Source of the DNA: Candidatus Gastranaerophilales bacterium | GTDB taxonomy: Bacteria > Cyanobacteriota > Vampirovibrionia > Gastranaerophilales > Gastranaerophilaceae | Direction: 5' to 3' | Length of the DNA stretch: 56,238 nucleotides | Assembly (NCBI GenBank): GCA_947624265.1 | Contig: CANQJQ010000001.1 | Location: 1 to 56,238 of the forward strand | Shown here: positions 49,870 through 56,238 of the stretch, in pieces | How positions within the stretch are numbered: position 1 is the first letter of the stretch | Layout of the letters: each line of letters opens with the position of its first letter | Notes under the pieces: model-generated | What the model saw: only the letters and a program-made list of their open reading frames with translations | Told to the model about the DNA's origin: nothing | The model's database searches: none | Program-made: the position numbers and the translations under genes

Positions 49870-52800
49870 TTATTCAATTGTATAGTCGGTTAATTCGGGA
49901 GCACCAAACATGCCTTCGATTTCTTCTAATATTGCAGATGGTTTTCTTGCATTATTCTTTTCTGCTGCACGTTTTTGAGCTTCTCTGTCTTTTTCTTCCG
50001 AAGCATTTGTTAAATGATAAAATCCTGTACCTGCAGGAATTAATCTACCGATAATAACATTTTCCTTTAGACCTCTAAGTAAATCACGTTTACCTTCAAC
50101 GGCAGCCTCAGTCAAAATTCTTGTCGTTTCTTGGAATGAAGCAGCTGATATAAAGCTTTCCGTGTTCAAACTTGCTTTTGTAATACCTAAAAGAACAGCT
50201 TCATAAGTAGCTTCAACACCGCCATTTGCTTTAACTTTTTCGTTTTCTTCCTGAACTTCTTTATATTCAAGATATTCACCCGGAAGCAGTTTTGTATCGC
50301 CCGATTCAAGAATTTTTACTTTCTTGGTCATTTGCCTTACAATAACTTCAACGTGTTTATCGGCAATTTCAACACCCTGAGAACGATATACTCTTTGTAC
50401 TTCGTCAACTAAGTATTGTTGAGCCGCTTCAACACCATTCAAACGAATAACGTCATGCGGATTTAAAGGTCCGCCTGTCAATGCCTGACCCGCTTTTATT
50501 TCTTGACCGTTTGCTACAATAATATTTGAATCAATAGAATATTTAACCTCTTGACGTCCGTTTTCACCGTTTAAGAATAAACGGGGCACATCATCTTCTA
50601 TTTCGATTTCAGCCTTACCTGCATATTCTGCAACAACAGCGGAATCTTTCGGTTTTCTTGCTTCAAGAAGTTCTTCTACACGAGGTAAACCTTGAACGAT
50701 ATCACCTGTTTTCTGTCTTTCAAATACCAATGTAGCTATCATATCACCGCGGTTTACTAATGAACCGTTTGCAACTTGGAGCATTGTCCCCGGACTGATT
50801 AAGTATGGACGTCCGGTTCTTAAGGTTATAGAGTTCTTATCTGTTGCAACTACCAAACCTGATTGTTGAGAAACTTCTCCGCCTTCAGATATTACGGCAT
50901 CCATTTTTACCAAATCACCTTTTTTAACGGTAGGTTTAGATTTAAGACTTACTTTTACTTCACTGCTGTCAGAAACCAAAAGTAATCTTCTTACGTCCTG
51001 ATTGTTATCTTTTATTGATGCAACAGCATCACTTATTGCAAGAACTTGTGTTTTTGCAACAGGTGTTTTGGGTTCTATAATCTGACCATCCGAAACCAAA
51101 AGTTCCGTCTGCATTGAAGCTGATGTCTTTGATTGACCTTCTGCTTCTCTTCTTACAATTAAGTTTTCGAGTACAACAATTTTTAAGTTGTTATTACTGT
51201 CAAGCTCTACTAAACCTTTTAAGTGGCTTAAGTATCCGTCCATTTGAAGAACTAAACTTGTTCTTGTAAGTACTCCGCCGTCAAGATTTCTTACTCTTGA
51301 ACCGTCTTTGTATTGTAACTGAGTAACAGGAACCAAATCAATAGCTTCATCAGTTGAATTAAATTTAATAGATACATCTTTTGTATCAATATTAAACCTT
51401 TGAACAGGTCTTACAAGAATTTGTATAGGCTGGTTTGAAATAGATTTTTCATCAATGGCGACTACACCCAAATCTTCTTCTAAATCGTCAAGTTCAAGTG
51501 TATCTTTTTCGTTATCGACAATTGTAACAATTGAATCAACTTTTGCTTTAATTTTTGGTGCTATTTCAGTACCTTTTTTAACAAATTCGCCTTCATCAAC
51601 CTTTAAGTCGCCTATTCCGTTTAAATTATATATTTCTCCGGGACGGATAACAACTTCGTGTATCATATCGTTAAATTCTTTTATTTCAACAATACCGTCA
51701 ATATGAGCATATAAATCTTTTACGACTTCGGTTCCGGCAGTAACAAATGTTCCTGATTCAACCATTTTTAAAGCTGAATCTTTATTAACCTGATGAATTT
51801 CATCCGGAATAAATATTACTTCACCCGGTTTTGTTATAATTTGATTTTCATCAACTTCAATACCGTTGTATCTTATTTCACCTGAAGAAGGAACTGTATA
51901 TTCTTCGTCAAGTAATTCCGCAATAATCATTCCGCTTTCTACAACAGTATCAATCGGAGCCTTAACGATATATTTTTCGCCTGTTTTCTTAACTGTCCAT
52001 ACTTGTTCTTTTTTAGTTTGTTCAAAAGTTGCATTTGATGATGTTATAGAAGCAATAACTATTGTAAGTTCTTTACCTTTAACGATTTTCTTAATTTTTT
52101 TACCGTCAAATTTAACATCTTCAACAACTAAATTATCACCAAGACGAACTTCACCGCCGTGTTCCGATATAATATGAATTTCAGCAAGTTTTTCACCTTC
52201 TTTAACAGCTTTACCGTCTTTAACCAAGATTGTAGAACCGCCCGGAAGGTTGTATACATCACCGCCAAGAACCCAAACTATTCCGTTTTTACTTGCCGTT
52301 CTTGAAATATTGCCTTGTCTGTCTTTCTTTTCATCTGCAACAAAGTCTTCAAATACTATTTCACCTGATAAATCGGAAGTAATATCTTTTGTAGCTTTTT
52401 CAGTTAAACGGCTTCCGTCTCCGCCTGATGCAGGTTCATAAACGGCAATTTTATCGCCTTTTTTAACTTCCTGACCTTCATGAACATATAAAATAGCACC
52501 TGAAGGAATATGATATTTCTTAGTTTTTGAGCCTGTTTTAATTTCCATATCGGATTCTTGAACCGTAATAGCAACATTATCACCATGACGTGTTCTTAAA
52601 TCTCTGGTGAAGATTTTTGTTACGATTTTACCGTCAACGTCAGAGATTATTTCCTTCATAGCACCTGCGCCTTTAAATACACCGCCTGTGTGGAATGTTC
52701 TCATGGTAAGCTGTGTTCCCGGTTCACCGATTGACTGAGCTGCAATAATACCGATTGCCTCGCCGACATCAACAAGCTTTTGCGTTGTCATTGCCCAACC

Positions 52801-53721
52801 ATAACATTTTTGGCAGATTCCGTATTCAAGTTCACAAGTTAATGGTGAACGTACTTTTAATTGATGTAAGTCTAACGGTTTTATCTTTCTTATATCATCT
52901 CTGTCTATTGTTGTATTAGCAGGAATTACGACATTTCCGTCTTTATCTTTAATATCTTCCGCTATGGTTCTTCCCAATAATCTTTCCGTCAAAGGAGCAA
53001 CTATTTTTTCACCGTCAGAGATATCAGTCATCATAATACCGCGTTTTGTTCCGCAATCATGGTCGCGGATGATTACGTCTTGAGCAACGTCAACAAGTCT
53101 TCTTGTTAAATATCCCGAGTCCGCTGTTTTTAACGCCGTATCTACAAGTCCTTTTCTTGCTCCGTATGAAGAAATAATGTATTCGGTAACTGAAAGACCT
53201 TCTTTAAAGTTTGATTTAATAGGTAAGTCAATGATTTGACCTTGCGCATCAGCCATCAAACCTCTCATACCTACTAATTGAGATACCTGAGAAACGTTAC
53301 CTCTTGCACCTGAGAATGCCATCATGTAAACGGGGTTTAATCTGTCAAAGTTTTCAACAACTCTTGCCGTTAATTTTGATGTTGTTTCACTCCAAGTATC
53401 AATAACTTTTGTGTATCTTTCAACTTCAGTGATATCACCTTTTAAATATCTGTGAGTAGATTTTTCAATCTCTTTTTCAGCTTCGTTTAAAAGTTCTTTT
53501 TTATCCGCAGGTACTGATAAATCCGCAATAGATATAGTAGTACCGGATTTAGTAGCATAATGATATCCTAAGTTTTTAAGGTTATCAGCTAAGGTTGCCG
53601 TCTTTGCACCGCCAAACTCAAGATATACTTGCGCTAATAATTTATTAATCGATTTTTTATTCACCTGTTCATTGATGAAGTCAAATGATTTTTTTGTATT
53701 CTTATGTAGTAATGTATCCAT
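49870..53721 (-). CDS. rpoC2: RNA polymerase beta-prime C-terminal part (cyanobacterial-type RpoC2) with large lineage-specific insertion
   Basis: MDTLLHKNTKKSFDFINEQVNKKSINKLL...ADNLKNLGYHYATKSGTTISIADL at the N-terminus and the conserved C-terminal ...RILTEAAVEGKRDLLRGLKENVIIGRLIPAGTGF. The ATG at 53721 is preceded by aaggtg. Confidence 0.95.
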   Translation of the reverse strand: MDTLLHKNTKKSFDFINEQVNKKSINKLLAQVYLEFGGAKTATLADNLKNLGYHYATKSGTTISIADLSVPADKKELLNEAEKEIEKSTHRYLKGDITEVERYTKVIDTWSETTSKLTARVVENFDRLNPVYMMAFSGARGNVSQVSQLVGMRGLMADAQGQIIDLPIKSNFKEGLSVTEYIISSYGARKGLVDTALKTADSGYLTRRLVDVAQDVIIRDHDCGTKRGIMMTDISDGEKIVAPLTERLLGRTIAEDIKDKDGNVVIPANTTIDRDDIRKIKPLDLHQLKVRSPLTCELEYGICQKCYGWAMTTQKLVDVGEAIGIIAAQSIGEPGTQLTMRTFHTGGVFKGAGAMKEIISDVDGKIVTKIFTRDLRTRHGDNVAITVQESDMEIKTGSKTKKYHIPSGAILYVHEGQEVKKGDKIAVYEPASGGDGSRLTEKATKDITSDLSGEIVFEDFVADEKKDRQGNISRTASKNGIVWVLGGDVYNLPGGSTILVKDGKAVKEGEKLAEIHIISEHGGEVRLGDNLVVEDVKFDGKKIKKIVKGKELTIVIASITSSNATFEQTKKEQVWTVKKTGEKYIVKAPIDTVVESGMIIAELLDEEYTVPSSGEIRYNGIEVDENQIITKPGEVIFIPDEIHQVNKDSALKMVESGTFVTAGTEVVKDLYAHIDGIVEIKEFNDMIHEVVIRPGEIYNLNGIGDLKVDEGEFVKKGTEIAPKIKAKVDSIVTIVDNEKDTLELDDLEEDLGVVAIDEKSISNQPIQILVRPVQRFNIDTKDVSIKFNSTDEAIDLVPVTQLQYKDGSRVRNLDGGVLTRTSLVLQMDGYLSHLKGLVELDSNNNLKIVVLENLIVRREAEGQSKTSASMQTELLVSDGQIIEPKTPVAKTQVLAISDAVASIKDNNQDVRRLLLVSDSSEVKVSLKSKPTVKKGDLVKMDAVISEGGEVSQQSGLVVATDKNSITLRTGRPYLISPGTMLQVANGSLVNRGDMIATLVFERQKTGDIVQGLPRVEELLEARKPKDSAVVAEYAGKAEIEIEDDVPRLFLNGENGRQEVKYSIDSNIIVANGQEIKAGQALTGGPLNPHDVIRLNGVEAAQQYLVDEVQRVYRSQGVEIADKHVEVIVRQMTKKVKILESGDTKLLPGEYLEYKEVQEENEKVKANGGVEATYEAVLLGITKASLNTESFISAASFQETTRILTEAAVEGKRDLLRGLKENVIIGRLIPAGTGFYHLTNASEEKDREAQKRAAEKNNARKPSAILEEIEGMFGAPELTDYTIE

Positions 53722-53743
53722 GTTATTTTCACCTTTACTTAAA

Positions 53744-55462
53744 TTATGATGCAAAGATTGCATTTCTTACCGTTTCATTGAAGATTATTCTTCCTACTGT
53801 TGTTTCCAGTCTTTCTCCGTGCTCATCACGAACTACTATTCTGTCGTGAAGGTTTATAACGCCTGTTTCATGAGCGGCAATTGCATCTTCAAAGCTGTAG
53901 AAATACTTAAGCTGTTTACCTTCATCATCATTATTCATTAATGTCAGGTAATACATACCTAAAACCATATCTTGAGAAGCTGCAATAATTGGTTTACCCG
54001 TTGCAGGAGCCAAAATATTATTTGTTGCAAGCATTAACATTCTTGCTTCAGCTTGAGCCTCAATTGATAATGGTACGTGAACAGCCATCTGGTCTCCATC
54101 AAAGTCAGCGTTAAATGCCGTACAAACAAGCGGATGTAATTGAATAGCTCTTCCTTCAACCAAGACAGGTTCAAATGCTTGAATACCCAGTCTGTGCAAT
54201 GTAGGAGCACGGTTCAATAATACCGGATGTCCGTCAATAACTTCTTCCAAAATATCCCATACAATCGCTTCAGAACGTTCTATCTTCTTTTTAGCTGATT
54301 TAATATTTTGTACATAACCTCTTTCAATTAATTTATTAACTACAAAAGGTTTAAATAATTCGATAGCCATTTCTTTAGGCAAACCGCATTGATTTAATTT
54401 AAGTTTAGGACCTACAACGATAACCGAACGACCTGAATAGTCAACACGTTTACCTAATAAGTTCTGTCTGAATCGACCTTGTTTACCTTCAATAATGTTG
54501 CTTAAAGATTTTAACGGTCTGTTGCTTGGACCAACAACCGTTCTTCCTCTTCTTCCGTTATCGATTAACGAGTCAACAGCTTCCTGAAGCATACGTTTTT
54601 CATTTCTAACAATGATTTCAGGTGCGCCCATTTCCAATAATCTTAATAAACGGTTATTTCTGTTTATTACACGTCTGTATAAGTCATTCAAATCGGATGT
54701 GGCAAATCTGCCGCCGTCTAATTGAACCATAGGTCTTAAATCAGGAGGGGTAACGGGTAATACATCCATTATCATCCAAGTAGGTTCTGTATGGCTGTCA
54801 AGAAGTGATTCAACAAGTCTTAATCTTTTAATTAATTTAGCTTTTCTTTGAACACTTCCCGATAATCCGGATAATTCGCCTCTTATAGATTCTGCCATTT
54901 CTTGAAGTGAAATTTCGCCTAACAATTCTTTTATTGCCTCAGCGCCGATACCTACTTTTAACTGAGAATCTTCATGCTCAAGCATATAATCTTCATATTC
55001 TTCTTCATTTAAAAGCTGGTATTTTTTGAACTCACTTTCCGCCGGATCAATAACAACATAATTGTTGAAATATATAACCTGTTCAAGATCTTTTAAAGTC
55101 ATATCCAAAAGTAAACCAAGGTAGCTTGGAATACCTTTTAAAAACCAGATATGGCTGACGGGAGCTGCTAATTTAATATGCCCCATTCTGTGGCGTCTTA
55201 CTTTTGAATCAGTAACTTCAACACCGCATCTTTCACAGATAATACCTTTGTGTCTTACTCTTTTATATTTTCCGCAATAACATTCCCAGTCCTTTGTAGG
55301 TCCGAAAATCCTTTCGCAGAAGAGCCCGTCTCTTTCGGGTTTTAATGTACGATAGTTAATGGTTTCAGGTTTTGTTACTTCACCGTATGACCATTTAAGT
55401 ACGCGCTCGGGGGAGGCTATACTTATTCGTATATAATCAAAATAATCTATACTTGTAGACAA
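53744..55462 (-). CDS. rpoC1: RNA polymerase gamma subunit (beta-prime N-terminal part, RpoC1)
   Basis: [39 protein letters not shown], a zinc-binding CYCGKYK...CERCGVEV, and the catalytic [15 protein letters not shown] start after aaggag. It stops 22 nt before the rpoC2 start. Confidence 0.95.
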   Translation of the reverse strand: MSTSIDYFDYIRISIASPERVLKWSYGEVTKPETINYRTLKPERDGLFCERIFGPTKDWECYCGKYKRVRHKGIICERCGVEVTDSKVRRHRMGHIKLAAPVSHIWFLKGIPSYLGLLLDMTLKDLEQVIYFNNYVVIDPAESEFKKYQLLNEEEYEDYMLEHEDSQLKVGIGAEAIKELLGEISLQEMAESIRGELSGLSGSVQRKAKLIKRLRLVESLLDSHTEPTWMIMDVLPVTPPDLRPMVQLDGGRFATSDLNDLYRRVINRNNRLLRLLEMGAPEIIVRNEKRMLQEAVDSLIDNGRRGRTVVGPSNRPLKSLSNIIEGKQGRFRQNLLGKRVDYSGRSVIVVGPKLKLNQCGLPKEMAIELFKPFVVNKLIERGYVQNIKSAKKKIERSEAIVWDILEEVIDGHPVLLNRAPTLHRLGIQAFEPVLVEGRAIQLHPLVCTAFNADFDGDQMAVHVPLSIEAQAEARMLMLATNNILAPATGKPIIAASQDMVLGMYYLTLMNNDDEGKQLKYFYSFEDAIAAHETGVINLHDRIVVRDEHGERLETTVGRIIFNETVRNAIFAS

Positions 55463-55483
55463 TTTTTTATCTCCTTTAATCTT

Positions 55484-56238
<755 letters not shown>

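Overview
This is a dense, visibly AT-rich bacterial chromosomal window with about 55 protein genes, mostly housekeeping. I found no rRNA, tRNA, CRISPR array, transposase, integrase or phage block. Lineage clue: the order rpoB, then a split rpoC (rpoC1 of 572 aa plus rpoC2 of about 1283 aa with a large internal insertion), is the cyanobacterial-type arrangement. Combined with low GC, an anaerobe-style rubredoxin/flavodiiron pair and no photosynthesis genes here, this suggests a non-photosynthetic cyanobacterial sibling (Melainabacteria/Vampirovibrionia, Gastranaerophilales-like). That assignment is inference. Recognisable content: pyrH (partial); a glycan locus (MATE/MOP transporter, radical SAM, GT2, GT4, aminotransferase); folE2, tmk, serS; an Fmt paralog plus an endonuclease IV-like gene; ilvBH, ilvC, ilvD; a CooC-like ATPase coupled to folD; rmlACBD; rubredoxin plus flavodiiron protein; queE and a DnaJ-like gene. 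A long co-directional cluster runs glyA, wecA-like, def, fmt, aroH, PurD-like, ylxR, infB, rbfA, truB. Also present are a GerE-type regulator, a protein made only of Clp_N repeats, a U32 peptidase, lpdA, polA, panD and rpoB/C1/C2. Most interesting observations: (1) Two near-consensus sigma-28 (FliA/SigD)-type promoters with identical spacing, found by eye. One drives a 705-aa protein with no signal peptide, an acidic-repeat and coiled-coil body and a lysozyme/SLT-like C-terminus. The other drives a small exported HExxH protein. (2) A 174-184 nt rod-like imperfect palindrome with 20-bp perfect terminal arms in the largest non-coding gap, which could be a 6S-like RNA or a MITE/ERIC-like element. 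(3) A degenerate PurD homolog translationally coupled to ylxR-infB, in the slot normally held by nusA. (4) A protein with three tandem Clp N-domains and no ATPase domain, next to a GerE-type HTH. I did not find a clear multi-gene novel system such as a defence island. The window is largely ordinary core genome.
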